From NCBI GenBank assembly GCA_963798485.1, contig CAWCTR010000004.1:381801-445800 (forward strand): a stretch of DNA of 64,000 nt, in the 5' to 3' direction. Each line of letters starts with the position of its first letter. Within the stretch, counting starts at the first letter, position 1. The DNA is from an uncultured delta proteobacterium. GTDB lineage: Bacteria; Desulfobacterota; Desulfomonilia; UBA1062. Of this stretch, positions 18,184-31,049 are shown in pieces. The translations under genes were made by a program, and so were the position numbers. A model generated the notes under the pieces. The model did not search any database. It worked only from the letters and a program-made list of their open reading frames with translations, and was not told where the DNA came from.

Positions 18184-19320
18184 TCATGACCTGATACCGA
18201 GGATGGGAAACACATTGGACTTGATATAGGCTATCTTATTGTCCACATAGCTGTCCACTGACTTTTTAAGCGCATCCGAAATTCTGTACGGCTGGTCTTT
18301 GAGCTCGTCGATGCCCTGCCCCGGTCCGTATACCCCGCTTCCTATACTGCCTGCAAAATGATCCACCGGATGTATCCCGTTTAATATGGCCCAGGCAAGC
18401 GTCCAGCCCCTTACAACATCCGGCACACTGTAGCCCCCGCCGCCCAGCGCAAGTACCTTGGGACAGCTCTTGCGGATCTCCTCCATGACCGCGCAGAAAC
18501 CGTTATTGGTAAGACGAAGGTTCGTAAGCGGGTCTTTCTTGAGGGTATCAAGCCCTATCTGTGCCACTACGCACTCTGGTTCAAAGGCCTTGACAAGGGG
18601 GGGGTAGATCTCCTTGAAGGCCCTGATATATGTCTCGTCATCCGTGTATTCCGGAAGCGGCAGATTGACCGTGAAGCCAAGGCCCTGGCCCTGGCCCATC
18701 TCGTTCTCGAAGCCGGTGCCCGGATATATGCTCTCGCCATTCTGATGCAATGATATGAACAGGACCTGGTCCGAGTCGTAAAATGCGTCCTGAACCCCAT
18801 TACCGTGGTGGGCGTCGATGTCTATGTAGAGGACCCTCTTGAAACCCCTTGTCAAAAGGCGCTTGATGGCTATCACGATGTCGTTCACATAGCAGAACCC
18901 CTCGGCGTGCCCCATTCCGCCATGGTGAAGCCCCCCAACAGAGCTGAACGTAGTGTCGGCCTCGCCTGATGCAATGAATTCGGCAGAGGCTACGGTGGCG
19001 CCAAGCACAAGGAGAGAGAAGTCGAAGACCCCTTTGAAGATGGGGTTGTCACTCGTACCCAGCCCATATTGGAGCATGGTAAAATCAAAGTTGCCGCCAT
19101 TACACCCCTTGAGCGCATCGATGTATTCTAATGAGTGGTACTCGGCCATGACTTCGGTGGTAGCCGGTTTGGGCTCGTACACCTTTATCCATGGATGGTC
19201 AAAGAGGCCATAGCGATAGCAGAGCTCATAGACCATGGTGGCCTTGTAGGGCTTGAAGGGATGGTCGTTACCCAGGCTGTAGGCATCGAATGCAGATGTG
19301 TATACAAAAACAGATTTCAT
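18184..19320 (-). CDS. AcuC/histone-deacetylase-family protein
   Basis: HPFKP, GGLHH, GFCYVND, DIDAHHGNG, GGGGY. Confidence 0.9.
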   Translation of the reverse strand: MKSVFVYTSAFDAYSLGNDHPFKPYKATMVYELCYRYGLFDHPWIKVYEPKPATTEVMAEYHSLEYIDALKGCNGGNFDFTMLQYGLGTSDNPIFKGVFDFSLLVLGATVASAEFIASGEADTTFSSVGGLHHGGMGHAEGFCYVNDIVIAIKRLLTRGFKRVLYIDIDAHHGNGVQDAFYDSDQVLFISLHQNGESIYPGTGFENEMGQGQGLGFTVNLPLPEYTDDETYIRAFKEIYPPLVKAFEPECVVAQIGLDTLKKDPLTNLRLTNNGFCAVMEEIRKSCPKVLALGGGGYSVPDVVRGWTLAWAILNGIHPVDHFAGSIGSGVYGPGQGIDELKDQPYRISDALKKSVDSYVDNKIAYIKSNVFPILGIRS

Positions 19321-19516
19321 CCGGGCGACTCCTTTTTGCAACAACCGGTCTATCCCGAAAAGGGGGATACTTGATTAGCTTAGCAGAAGTTCAAGGGTCG
19401 AGGAAGTCTTAAAAACCGTATTTCCCTCATCAAAAAGCTGATACTTTGAAAACCATGGATCACTTCTATGCATGTATGATACAGCCCTGAATACACGAAA
19501 AAGGAGGGCATTGAAG

Positions 19517-19909
19517 ATGGCTCAATCCATCACTGCCATTAATACTTCAAGGGCGCCAAAGGCTATCGGGCCCTATTCCCAAGCTGTTGTCGCAGGCGGC
19601 TTCGTGTTTGTTTCCGGTCAGATAGCCCTGAATCCGTCAACAGGCTCCATCATTGAAGGGGGCATCAAGGACCAGACTCTCCAGGTGCTGAAAAATATTG
19701 AGGCGATCATGAAGGAGGCAGGGCAATCACTTAACCGGGTCGTGAAGACCGAGGTCTTCCTCAAGGACTTCAATGACTTCGCAGCCATGAACGAGGTGTA
19801 TGCCACCTTCTTTCCTGGAGAAGTGAAGCCCGCCCGCGTCACGGTAGAGGTATCAAGGCTGCCCAGGGATGTGCTCATCGAGATCGGGTGTGTTGCATAC
19901 AAGCAGTGA
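19517..19909 (+). CDS. RidA-family enamine deaminase
   Basis: [27 protein letters not shown]; RBS AAGGAGG. Confidence 0.93.
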   Translation: MAQSITAINTSRAPKAIGPYSQAVVAGGFVFVSGQIALNPSTGSIIEGGIKDQTLQVLKNIEAIMKEAGQSLNRVVKTEVFLKDFNDFAAMNEVYATFFPGEVKPARVTVEVSRLPRDVLIEIGCVAYKQ

Positions 19910-19920
19910 TCAGCATGATT

Positions 19921-19945
19921 GTAGGGGCAGGCCTTGTGCCTGCCC
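19921..19945 (+). repeat. GTAG-type REP palindrome
   Basis: GTAG-GGGCAGGC-cttgt-GCCTGCCC between convergent genes; related copy at 34132. Confidence 0.65.
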
Positions 19946-19953
19946 AGCACTGC

Positions 19954-20427
19954 CTACTGTTTCAAGCCCCGTATTTTCTTAATCGAAGCCAAACCCGTAT
20001 CGAAGCAGAAGACAAAGACCGCCATGGCAAGCAGGCTTAGGTCCCGGACGAGGTAGATCCAGGATATTCTCTGTGCCTCTTTCGATGTGGTAAAGCACCC
20101 GCATGAGATATCAAGGCCCTTCAACAGGGCCATGCCCAGGGCAAGTGCGAACACCCACAGGAGCCCGGCAATGATCAGCGAGCTGCCGGGGATAAGCATG
20201 CCGAGGATGAGGGCTATGCCGGTAATCATCTCAACGAAGGGGAGCGCCACGGCAAAGGGGTTCACCAGGACTGCGGGCAGGATCCGGTAGTTGGCGACTG
20301 CTTCGGCAAATCCCTTCGGATCAAGGACATGGACCACGCCGGTATAGAGGAATATGCACCCGAGCACGACACGGAACGCCAGCGCAATACAAGGGCTAAT
20401 CCTTGTCTGAGGTGCTGTCTGATCCAT
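19954..20427 (-). CDS. MauE/DoxX-family membrane protein
   Basis: Several TM segments; GLDISCGCF motif. Confidence 0.85.
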   Translation of the reverse strand: MDQTAPQTRISPCIALAFRVVLGCIFLYTGVVHVLDPKGFAEAVANYRILPAVLVNPFAVALPFVEMITGIALILGMLIPGSSLIIAGLLWVFALALGMALLKGLDISCGCFTTSKEAQRISWIYLVRDLSLLAMAVFVFCFDTGLASIKKIRGLKQ

Positions 20428-20927
20428 TACCTGCCCCCTTCATCAATGGGAAGCCCTTTTTCCATCCATCCCTGCCACCCGTCTGCAAAAAGGCCCAATG
20501 CCGTGATTCCCCGCCCCTGAAGGGTTCTTAAAAGCTCTTCCGCCTTCTTACACCCCTGACCGTCACAGTAAGTAATCAGGATCTTATTACCTCGCTCCTT
20601 CTCCTTAAGTCTCACCAGGTTCTGATCCACCATTTCTTTGGGCATATGGAGCGCACCAGGAAGATGACCCATCTTATACAAGGCTGCCTCCCGCGCATCG
20701 AGGAATACCGCTTTGCCTTCTTGAAGGAGGTGCAAGCAATCATCCGCCGAATATATCCTGGGACCTGATATGGGTGCTCCAGCCCCTTTCGGATGGGCAT
20801 GCACAGGTATGATCGCAAGCCCATCGGGTCTGAGGGCATTGATCGCAAAGGTTAGTACAAGGCTCAGGACAAGGATGAGAGCAGCCTCTTTCAAGGCTGT
20901 TATGATCTTCTCATGAAAACCCGACAT
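20427..20927 (-). CDS. Membrane-anchored rhodanese-like protein
   Basis: FLDAR...GHLPGA...YCDG..C...DGWQGW. Confidence 0.85.
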   Translation of the reverse strand: MSGFHEKIITALKEAALILVLSLVLTFAINALRPDGLAIIPVHAHPKGAGAPISGPRIYSADDCLHLLQEGKAVFLDAREAALYKMGHLPGALHMPKEMVDQNLVRLKEKERGNKILITYCDGQGCKKAEELLRTLQGRGITALGLFADGWQGWMEKGLPIDEGGR

Positions 20928-21181
20928 ATCTTTATAACCCTTCCTTATAAGTCATCAGCCGGCACAATCTGCAACACTGCTTATCCCAGAGATCTATTCC
21001 CGGATCAAGTGTCACGTGGAAAAGATGAACAGGAATCATACATAAAATCTTATTGCAGCCTATTGCAAATGGTAAACTGAGCATTATAATAGGCAATCAC
21101 GATTTACTTTGTTCCATTCCAAATCTATGATCAAAATTAAAAATGTTGGTTCTCATAAAAGTAATGGAAGGAGATATCGTC

Positions 21182-21490
21182 ATGAGTATCAAGAAGCCGA
21201 CCCGAAAGAAGAGTGCTGTTTGCAAAGTGACGTTTCATTTACCTAAAGAAAAAGTGGCATCAGCAAAAGATATACATCTTGTTGGTGACTTTAATAGCTG
21301 GGATACTAAGGCTACACCTATGAAGAAGCAGAAAGACGGTTCCTTCAGTATCACCTTGGATCTCAATGGGGGCCAGGAGTATCAATATCGATATCTCATT
21401 GATGGTGCTAACTGGGAGAATGACTCAAATGCAGATAAATATGTCCCTTCTCCATTTGGAGATTCAGAAAATTCTGTCTTAATCCTCTAG
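21182..21490 (+). CDS. Isoamylase early-set (CBM48-like) domain protein
   Basis: VTF, VGDFNSWD, YQYRYLIDG..WEND..AD. Confidence 0.88.
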   Translation: MSIKKPTRKKSAVCKVTFHLPKEKVASAKDIHLVGDFNSWDTKATPMKKQKDGSFSITLDLNGGQEYQYRYLIDGANWENDSNADKYVPSPFGDSENSVLIL

Positions 21491-21574
21491 TTGACATCCA
21501 CCATTGTCAGTTGAGACGATTCTGATCGTCGAGGATAACAGGGTTCTTGCCCGAGATAAGGTTCGGTTCGGATA

Positions 21575-24010
21575 TCAGACCTGCTGCCTCTGCGCGTCGG
21601 TGACGGCCTCTTCGGCACTCGGGTGGGAGAAGGCTGCAAATATGCCCTCCGGGCCTTCAGGGAAGGCTATTGCGATAACATCCTCTATAGTTTCCACAAA
21701 GTGTATGGTGAGGTCATTGGTCACATAGGGCTCGATGTCGCTGAGGTCTTTCTCGTTCATCTTGGGCATGATGATGGTGGTGAACCCGGCCCTGCGTGCG
21801 GCAAGCACCTTCTCTTTAATGCCGCCGACGGGCAGGACAACACCGCGGAGCGTAATCTCGCCGGTCATGGCAAGGTCTTCCCTGACAACCTTGTTGGTAA
21901 GGAGCGAAATAATGGAGGTGACCAGGGTTACCCCGGCGGAAGGCCCGTCTTTCGGGATGGCCCCTGCCGGTACGTGGATATGGATGCAATGGTCCTTTTC
22001 AATGGTGCACCCCATGCCCTTGATGATGCTCAAGCCAAGCCTGGCGGATTCCTTCATGACATCGCCCATCTGACCGGTAAGGATCATCTCATCCTTTCCT
22101 TCCACCAGGGCTGACTCCACGAACAGGATCTCGCCTCCGAACGGCGTCCAGGCAAGTCCCGTAGCGATGCCGGGGATGCGAATGCGCTGTTTGGCTTCGG
22201 GTAAATAGCGTACCGGACCCAGGGCCTTTTCGATGAAGGCGCAATCTATGGTGAAATCTTCGCTTGAGCCTTTTGCCACCTGGAATGCGATCATCCGCAA
22301 GACGCTAGCTATCTCGCGCTGGAGGTTCCTTACGCCCGACTCTTTTGTGTAGTGGCGGATAAGGTGGCCGACTGCCTCGTCATGGAAATCGATATGCCTG
22401 TCCGTAAGTCCGTTTGCCTCGATCTCTCGGGGGAGGAGGTAATTCTTCGCAATGGCGATCTTGTCCTCATGGGTGTAGCCCTCGATCTCCACGATCTCCA
22501 TGCGATCCTTCAGGGCAGCAGGGATGGTATCGATCACATTGGCCGTGGTGATGAAGAACACCTTGGAGAGGTCATAGGGGACATTCAGGTAGTGGTCTAC
22601 AAAGTGGTTGTTCTGCTCGGGGTCCAGGGCCTCCAGGAGTGCGGATGCCGGGTCGCCGTGGATATCGCGGGTGAGCTTGTCGATCTCGTCCAGCATGAAC
22701 ACGGGGTTTACGGTGCCCGCAGTCTTGATGCCGTTGATGATCCGGCCGGGTAAAGCCCCGATATAGGTCCTCCGGTGGCCCCTGATCTCGGCCTCGTCAC
22801 GCACGCCCCCCAACGAGATGCGTACGAACTTTCTGCCCATGGCCCTGGCGATGGACTTGCCAAGGGAGGTCTTGCCGACACCAGGCGGGCCCACGAAGCA
22901 CAGGATCGGTCCCTTGAGGTCGTTTTTCAGTTTCTTGACCGAAAGATACTCAACGATCCTCTTCTTTGGCTTCTTCAGGTCGAAATGGTCTTCGTCCAGT
23001 ATCTGCTCCACATTCCCAATCTCCAGGTTGTCTTGTGAACCTTCATGCCAGGGCAGGTCCAGGATCCAGTCGAGGTATGTGCGGATAGTGACATATTCCG
23101 AGGATGAGGGCTGCATCCTGGATATGCGTTTGAGGTCTTTGTCGACCTCGGTCCTCACCTCTTCGGGCAGTGCCTTGGCCTCGATTTCACCCCTAAGTTC
23201 ATCCATTTCATCCTCTACGTCGCCGCCTGCTTCTCCCAGCTCCTTCTTGATGGCCTTGAGCTGCTGCCTGAGATAGTATTCCCTCTGGGCATTGTTGATC
23301 TCGCCCTTGGCCTTTTCCGTGATCTTTGAGGAGAGCTCCAGGATGTTAAGCTCCTCCCGCAGGCTCTCATAGAGCAGCGCGAATTTTTTCTCGAAACCCT
23401 CTTCTTCAAGGATCTTTTGCTTATTGGCAATAGGGATGGGCAGGTTGGTGGCCGTTGTGGAGAGCAGCATGAGGGGGTCTTTGATCTTGGCGAGGTTTAT
23501 GAGCACGGTGTCCATATTCTGGTAGGACATGCGTGCGAGCTGCGAAAGGATCTCTCTGGTGGACAGCGCCAGGGCATAGACCTGCGTGCCCGGTGTGGCG
23601 TCCTCAATGAGGTTGGTGACGCGGACCTTCATGTAAGGGTTGTCCGCCACCTTTTCTTCAAGGAATACCTTCTGGATGCCCCTGATCATGATGGAGAGCT
23701 CGCCTGCCTTGACCGAGCTCACCTTGGTAATCTTGGCCACGCAACCGATCCGGTAGAGATTTGCCCACACCGCCGGGACCGGTTCGTGGGGTTTCCGCAT
23801 GCCAACGGCCACAATGGAGCTGTTCGTGCTGTGAAACTCCTTGATGAGTGATGCCGAGGTGGGGTTCGTTACAATGAGCGGGAGCACGGCGCCCGGCAGC
23901 AGGATGGCATCTTTGAGCGGGAGCACGGGCATGATCTCATGGATTTCCTCGACGTGTAAGTCATCGGACTCATCGATGCTGTTCCTGAAGATATTCTTGA
24001 GCCAGTCCAT
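21575..24010 (-). CDS. lon: ATP-dependent protease La
   Basis: [35 protein letters not shown]. Confidence 0.96.
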   Translation of the reverse strand: MDWLKNIFRNSIDESDDLHVEEIHEIMPVLPLKDAILLPGAVLPLIVTNPTSASLIKEFHSTNSSIVAVGMRKPHEPVPAVWANLYRIGCVAKITKVSSVKAGELSIMIRGIQKVFLEEKVADNPYMKVRVTNLIEDATPGTQVYALALSTREILSQLARMSYQNMDTVLINLAKIKDPLMLLSTTATNLPIPIANKQKILEEEGFEKKFALLYESLREELNILELSSKITEKAKGEINNAQREYYLRQQLKAIKKELGEAGGDVEDEMDELRGEIEAKALPEEVRTEVDKDLKRISRMQPSSSEYVTIRTYLDWILDLPWHEGSQDNLEIGNVEQILDEDHFDLKKPKKRIVEYLSVKKLKNDLKGPILCFVGPPGVGKTSLGKSIARAMGRKFVRISLGGVRDEAEIRGHRRTYIGALPGRIINGIKTAGTVNPVFMLDEIDKLTRDIHGDPASALLEALDPEQNNHFVDHYLNVPYDLSKVFFITTANVIDTIPAALKDRMEIVEIEGYTHEDKIAIAKNYLLPREIEANGLTDRHIDFHDEAVGHLIRHYTKESGVRNLQREIASVLRMIAFQVAKGSSEDFTIDCAFIEKALGPVRYLPEAKQRIRIPGIATGLAWTPFGGEILFVESALVEGKDEMILTGQMGDVMKESARLGLSIIKGMGCTIEKDHCIHIHVPAGAIPKDGPSAGVTLVTSIISLLTNKVVREDLAMTGEITLRGVVLPVGGIKEKVLAARRAGFTTIIMPKMNEKDLSDIEPYVTNDLTIHFVETIEDVIAIAFPEGPEGIFAAFSHPSAEEAVTDAQRQQV

Positions 24011-24066
24011 GTCCTTAATGTAGGCGCGCCCTAAAAGAAAGTCAATTGGATGCTTGTGAGGCCTTA

Positions 24067-25062
24067 TCAGAGGATCTGTGAGTATGGGGCAATGACGCTA
24101 CCCGCCTTGATCTTTTTGCCCTCGATCATGCTGCCCATGCCTATTGTTGTCCTCTCGCCGATGGTGCTGTCCTTTATCCAGGTGTTCGGCATGATCTTCA
24201 CACCTTCCCCGACCCGGCATTTTCCCATGATATGGCAATTAGGCCAGATCTCCACATCATGCGCGATCTTGACTGCAGGGCTGATCCATATGGTCGACGG
24301 GTCCTGGAGTGTAACCCCTGATTCCATGAGCGAGGTGTTGATGCGCTGCTGAAGGCGTTCCTGGGCAAAGGTGAGCTGTCCCCTGGAGTTGATCCCATGG
24401 GCCTCGTCCGGGTCTGTAGCCTTGAAGGACACCACCTTAGGGGCCATGGCCACCACGTCGGTCAGGTAGAACTCCCCTTTGGTGTTGTCCGGGCAGATTT
24501 TTTTCACCGACGAGAGCAGGAATTCCTTGTTGATGACGTATACGCCGGTGTTGATTTCGTCAATCTTGAGCTGTTTTCTCGTTGCATCGTTATGCTCGAC
24601 AATACGTTTGAGAGTTCCTTTCCTGTCGCGAACGATTCTGCCGTAACCTGATGCGTCTGCGATTCTTGCCGTGAGGACGCCGATATTTGCGCTTAGGGCA
24701 TGATAGGCATCAAGGAGACCTTTCAGGGATTCCTTCCGGATGAGTGGCATATCGCCGGGCAGGATGAGGATATGAGAGGCATGCGCTTGTTGCAGGGCAT
24801 CTTTTGCCATGAGGATGGCGTGGCCTGTTCCGAGCTGGGGTTCTTGGACCACGATTTTGACAGGGTAGGACTCAAGGTAGCGTATTACCCTGTCCCGGCC
24901 ATGGCCCACAACGGCGATCACACTCGTGGAGATGTCTCCTGCCAGACAAAGGGAGTAGTAGATCAGGGGATATCCGAGGACCTCGTGCAGGACCTTGGGA
25001 TACTCCGATTTCAATCTCGTACCTTTTCCGGCTGCAAGGATTATGCTACAAGTGGTTTCCAT
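24067..25062 (-). CDS. glmU: GlmU-like uridyltransferase with short hexapeptide tail (331 aa)
   Basis: ILAAGKGTRLKS..PKVLH, QLGTGHA, GYGRIVR, EINTG, EFYLTD, GINSR; ends after a few beta-helix coils. Confidence 0.75.
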   Translation of the reverse strand: METTCSIILAAGKGTRLKSEYPKVLHEVLGYPLIYYSLCLAGDISTSVIAVVGHGRDRVIRYLESYPVKIVVQEPQLGTGHAILMAKDALQQAHASHILILPGDMPLIRKESLKGLLDAYHALSANIGVLTARIADASGYGRIVRDRKGTLKRIVEHNDATRKQLKIDEINTGVYVINKEFLLSSVKKICPDNTKGEFYLTDVVAMAPKVVSFKATDPDEAHGINSRGQLTFAQERLQQRINTSLMESGVTLQDPSTIWISPAVKIAHDVEIWPNCHIMGKCRVGEGVKIMPNTWIKDSTIGERTTIGMGSMIEGKKIKAGSVIAPYSQIL

Positions 25063-25179
25063 TGAGGTGCTTTGCTACCATAAAGATGGGGTTTTCGCAA
25101 CCGTAGCAGATCTCCTATGCCCTTGTAAAAGACAGTCGCTTTTGTTAAGAGGGCGTGAGCAACCGATCCTCATGTGTGA

Positions 25180-27033
<1,854 letters not shown>

Positions 27034-27053
<20 letters not shown>

Positions 27054-27507
27054 CCTTGTCGGTATAATCTTCCTGGCCGTTTTCTTCGAGACGGTCCTTG
27101 TCCCCGGAGTCTGGAGCGGGCTACGCGTCGATCTCTTCATAGGCATGATCATCGGTGTCATGATCCATCTGAGCTTTGCCCAGGGACTTACCTTTGTATT
27201 GGTCACATCGCTTCTTCTCCAGGCCTTTTCAGGGGCCAGACCGGGCCTTGTCCCCATGATATATCTGTGCATCTTTTTTGTGGTCTGGCTGCTTAAAGGG
27301 ATTATCTATATGGAGAACATTTTTACCCAGCTCATCCTTGCCGGTGTCCTCTCCATCCTGGTTGCCTCTGGTCTGGTTATCTCTCTGGATCTGGACATAA
27401 GCCAGGCCGAGCTCTTCTCCATGGCGGTAGGCGGGGTGCTCACAGGGTTTTTAAGTCCTCTGATGGTTACCCTTGTAGGTCATTTGAAGAAGGCATATGA
27501 AGCCTAA
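27034..27507 (+). CDS. mreD: Rod shape-determining protein MreD
   Basis: Hydrophobic 157 aa ORF between mreC and mrdA. Confidence 0.7.
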
Positions 27508-29321
27508 CTTTACAGGCCCTCATCTGGACGAAGATCTCAAGAAGAGCACTTTGTACCTGTTGATCTTCGTGTTCACCTTGCTCGGCATCCTGATGATACG
27601 GCTGTTCGTCATGCAGATCATTAATGGGACGTATTATGAGGGTCTCTCGGAGAATAACCGTGTCCGCATCATTGCGGTCTCCGCGCCGAGGGGAAAGATC
27701 ATGGACAGGGCAGGGGCCGTACTTGCCGACAACAGGCCTGCATATAATGTCATGGTGCTGCCCGAGGACATATCAAATCCTGAAGAGATCTCAGGGCGTC
27801 TTGCACCGCTGCTGAATAAGACACCCGACGAGATCCGGCAGTCTATCCAGCATGGCAAGGGCAAACCCTATGACCCTTTGATCGTGGCAAGGGATATTAC
27901 CTTCGATCAGGTAGCAAAGATAGAGACGCAGATGTACAGCCTTCCCGGTGTCTCCATCGAGACCATCCCGGAACGGGAATATCTCTATCATGCGCTTGCA
28001 TGCCATGTGCTGGGGTTTATCGGTGAGGTCTCCAAAAAGCAGCTCGAAGAGCAAAGCGAGGAGGATGATTATGCCCCGGGCGATCTTGTGGGTAAAAGCG
28101 GGATAGAACTGGTTTACGAGGATACCTTAAAGGGAGAGAAGGGCAAGCGTGTCTTTGAGGTGGATGCAAGGGGACACAGGGTCAAGGTGCTGGGTGAGCA
28201 GGAGCCCTCTCCAGGCAAGGACGTGAAGCTTACCATCGATAAGGGGCTTCAGGAGATTGCCGCCAATGATCTTGGTGAGAGGGCCGGTGCCGTTGTGGCC
28301 ATGATCCCTTCCACCGGGGAGGTCCTGGTCATGGAGAGCACACCCGGTTTCGACCCGGCCATCTTCGCTACCTCCATGACACCCGGGCAGTGGAAAGATA
28401 TCATTGATGATCCGTTGCACCCCCTTGAGAACAAGAGCATGCGGGGTGCATATCCTCCGGGCTCCGTCATGAAGATCGTCGTGACACTGGCGGGTTTCCA
28501 GGCAGGCATCCTCGACCCCAATGAGCGTGTGTTCTGCCCCGGCTTTTACAAGATAGGCAACACGACCTTTAGGTGCTGGCAGTCTCATGGGCACGGCAAC
28601 CTTGACCTGGTGGAACGCCATCGCCCAGTCCTGCGATGTGTATTTCTATACGTTGGGAAGGGCGCTGGGCATTGATAAGATGGCGGCCACCGGCTCTGAG
28701 CTCGGACTTGGCGCCAAGACCGGTATTGCGCTTCCCGATGAATTGCCGGGGCTTATGCCCACGAAGAAATGGAAACGGCAGCGGTTTCACCAGCCCTGGC
28801 ATCCGGGTGAGGACGTAATATCAGCCATCGGCCAGGGCTATACGCTGGTCACCCCGCTGCAGGTCGCCAAGGTCATGAGTGCAATCGCCAACGGCGGCAA
28901 GGTCTATACACCCAAAATCCTGACTGAAGGTGAGCCTGTTTTGGAGCGGGACATTGCCATCCCGCAGCAGCAGCTCGCCCTTATCAAGGCCGGTCTTAAG
29001 GGTGCGGTGGAGAACGTCCACGGCACGGGCCATGCCATATATGACCCTGAATTATCCATAGGCGGAAAGACGGGCACGGCCCAGGTGGCAAGGGGATACG
29101 CATCCAAGCGTCCGGATGAGACGGACATCCCCTACAAGTATCGTGATCATGCCTGGTTTTTCGGGATCTCTCCGGTGGAGAAGCCGGAGATCGTGGTGGT
29201 GGCGCTGCTGGAACATGCCGGGCACGGCGGTTCTGTCTGTGCGCCCATTGTCAAGGACGTGATTAAGGGGTATTACCTCCGGAAAGAGGCCTCGCGTGAG
29301 CAGATACGCAAAACTAACTGA
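27497..29321 (+). CDS. mrdA: Penicillin-binding protein 2, split by a +1 frameshift near 28613
   Basis: ORF 27497-28675 has APRG and the SxxK motif (GSVMK); ORF 28587-29321 has SCD and KTG; join reads GHGNLDLV/(N)AIAQSCD. Confidence 0.85.
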
Positions 29322-30387
29322 AATCCTCGACTGGGGCATCCTTGTGACCACATTGCTCCTTATGGCCATCGGGCTGCTCTGCGTCTACAGTTCAACCGCC
29401 GGCATGGGCAGCGGTATCTTCATCAGGCAGTTACTGTGGATTAGTATCGGCACGCTCTTTTTGGCAATAGCCTTTCTGGTGGACTACCGCACACTCATGT
29501 ACTCGGCCTGGCCCTTCTACGGCTTGGTGGTCTTTGCGCTGATGCTCGTACTCGTGATCGGCAGGGAGATATCCGGCGCCAGGCGCTGGATAATAATGGG
29601 GCCGATGCGCATGCAGCCGTCCGAGATCGCCAAGATCTTTGTAATCATCTGGATGGCATACTGGGCTGAGAAGAAGAAGCATATCCTCCTTCACGGCATC
29701 AGGGAACTCATCTTTCCGGCTGTTATCATCTTCATACCCATGGTGCTGATCCTTTTAGAGCCTGACCTCGGAACGGCAGCGATTGTCGCCTTCATCGCCA
29801 TAGCCATGTTCCTCATGCTGGGGATCAGGCGTTCCACCATGCTCAGCCTGGTCGGGCTCGTTCTTGCCGCATTGCCTTTTCTGTGGTTTTCTTTGAAAGA
29901 CTATCAAAGACAACGCATATTCACCTTCCTCGACCCTTCGCGCGACCCTTTGGGCAGCGGCTACCATGCCATACAATCAAAGATCGCAGTGGGATCGGGA
30001 GGGCTCATCGGCAAGGGGTTCCTCCATGGCACCCAGACCCAGCTCAAGTTCCTGCCCGAGCATCACACCGACTTTATCTTCTCCGTGGTTGCCGAGGAAT
30101 GGGGGTTTCTGGGTTCAGGGGTGCTCATATTCCTTTACATGATGCTCATCACAAAGATCATAACCGTGGGGTTCAAGGCCAAGGACCGGTTCGGGGCGCT
30201 CCTGTGCTTCGGCATCGCCGCCTATTTCACCCTGCATGTGTTCATCAACATATCCATGGCCATCGGCATCTTCCCCGTAGTAGGGGTGCCGCTGCCCTTC
30301 ATCAGCTATGGCGGATCTTTCATGATAATCAACATGATCTGCATCGGGATCGTGCTGAATGTGGCGTGGAGGCGGTTTATCTTTTAG
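29296..30387 (+). CDS. rodA: Rod shape-determining protein RodA
   Basis: GARRWI, QPSE, EPDLGT, LPEHHTDFIF, GVPLPFISYGGS. Confidence 0.95.
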   Translation: MSRYAKLTEILDWGILVTTLLLMAIGLLCVYSSTAGMGSGIFIRQLLWISIGTLFLAIAFLVDYRTLMYSAWPFYGLVVFALMLVLVIGREISGARRWIIMGPMRMQPSEIAKIFVIIWMAYWAEKKKHILLHGIRELIFPAVIIFIPMVLILLEPDLGTAAIVAFIAIAMFLMLGIRRSTMLSLVGLVLAALPFLWFSLKDYQRQRIFTFLDPSRDPLGSGYHAIQSKIAVGSGGLIGKGFLHGTQTQLKFLPEHHTDFIFSVVAEEWGFLGSGVLIFLYMMLITKIITVGFKAKDRFGALLCFGIAAYFTLHVFINISMAIGIFPVVGVPLPFISYGGSFMIINMICIGIVLNVAWRRFIF

Positions 30388-30422
30388 CGTTCTTCTCGGT
30401 GAATTAAGGAGCGCTAAAAAAA
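30382..30422. terminator. Hairpin after rodA, possible terminator
   Basis: TTTTAGCGTTCTT...AAGGAGCGCTAAAA. Confidence 0.45.
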
Positions 30423-30429
30423 GTATTTT

Positions 30430-30988
30430 TTCACCACGAAGGACACGAAGGGCTTAACGCAGCATAGCCGCAACCAAAGTAGAGAATGTGATTCGAACAA
30501 ACATAGGATTACTTCACCACGAAGGACACGAAGAAAAGAATCCTCTTGAATTCTCTGACCGGGAAAAGGAATTCAAGAATATCCGTTGAGGATTTCCCAT
30601 GATCTTCTTTGCGCACTTAACGATGTATCGTATTTACAAGTCCCTCCCTTTAGCAAAGGGAGGACAGGAGGGATTTGAAATCTCCATATAGGTCATAACC
30701 CTTGTACAATAGAAACAAATCTCCCCTGTCCCCTCCTTGTCAAGGAGGGGAACCAAGGTAACCCTTGAATGAAGGCACCTCATGTCCTCTTATGGGTTTC
30801 TTCCAGCTCAGCATAGCCACAATCATAAGAGAAAAAATGGAATTGGCAGCATGAAAATGATGCACAAAAAACAAGAAAATGATGGATAGTAGTACGAAGG
30901 AACCTGAAAAAGTAGAAAATAAACTCTTTGACCCATTGAGCCGGGAAGCTATTTCAAGGATTTTTTTCTTCGTGTCCTTCGTGGTGAA
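30430..30988. repeat. Nested cluster of REP-like repeats
   Basis: TTCACCACGAAGGACACGAAG at 30430-30450 and 30513-30533, inverted at 30968-30988; inverted pair of CCCTCCyTT..CAAGGGAGG-like units at ~30641-30677 and ~30716-30751. Confidence 0.8.
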
Positions 30989-31049
30989 ATATATATCTCT
31001 CGTGCCTATCAATGATCCATTTATTCTTTACCGTGATGAACCATTAATT

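Noticed and set aside
21504-21560. Receiver-domain-like start (ETILIVEDNRVLA)
   Set aside because: Similarity lasts only ~15 codons and then runs antisense into lon; at most a tiny remnant
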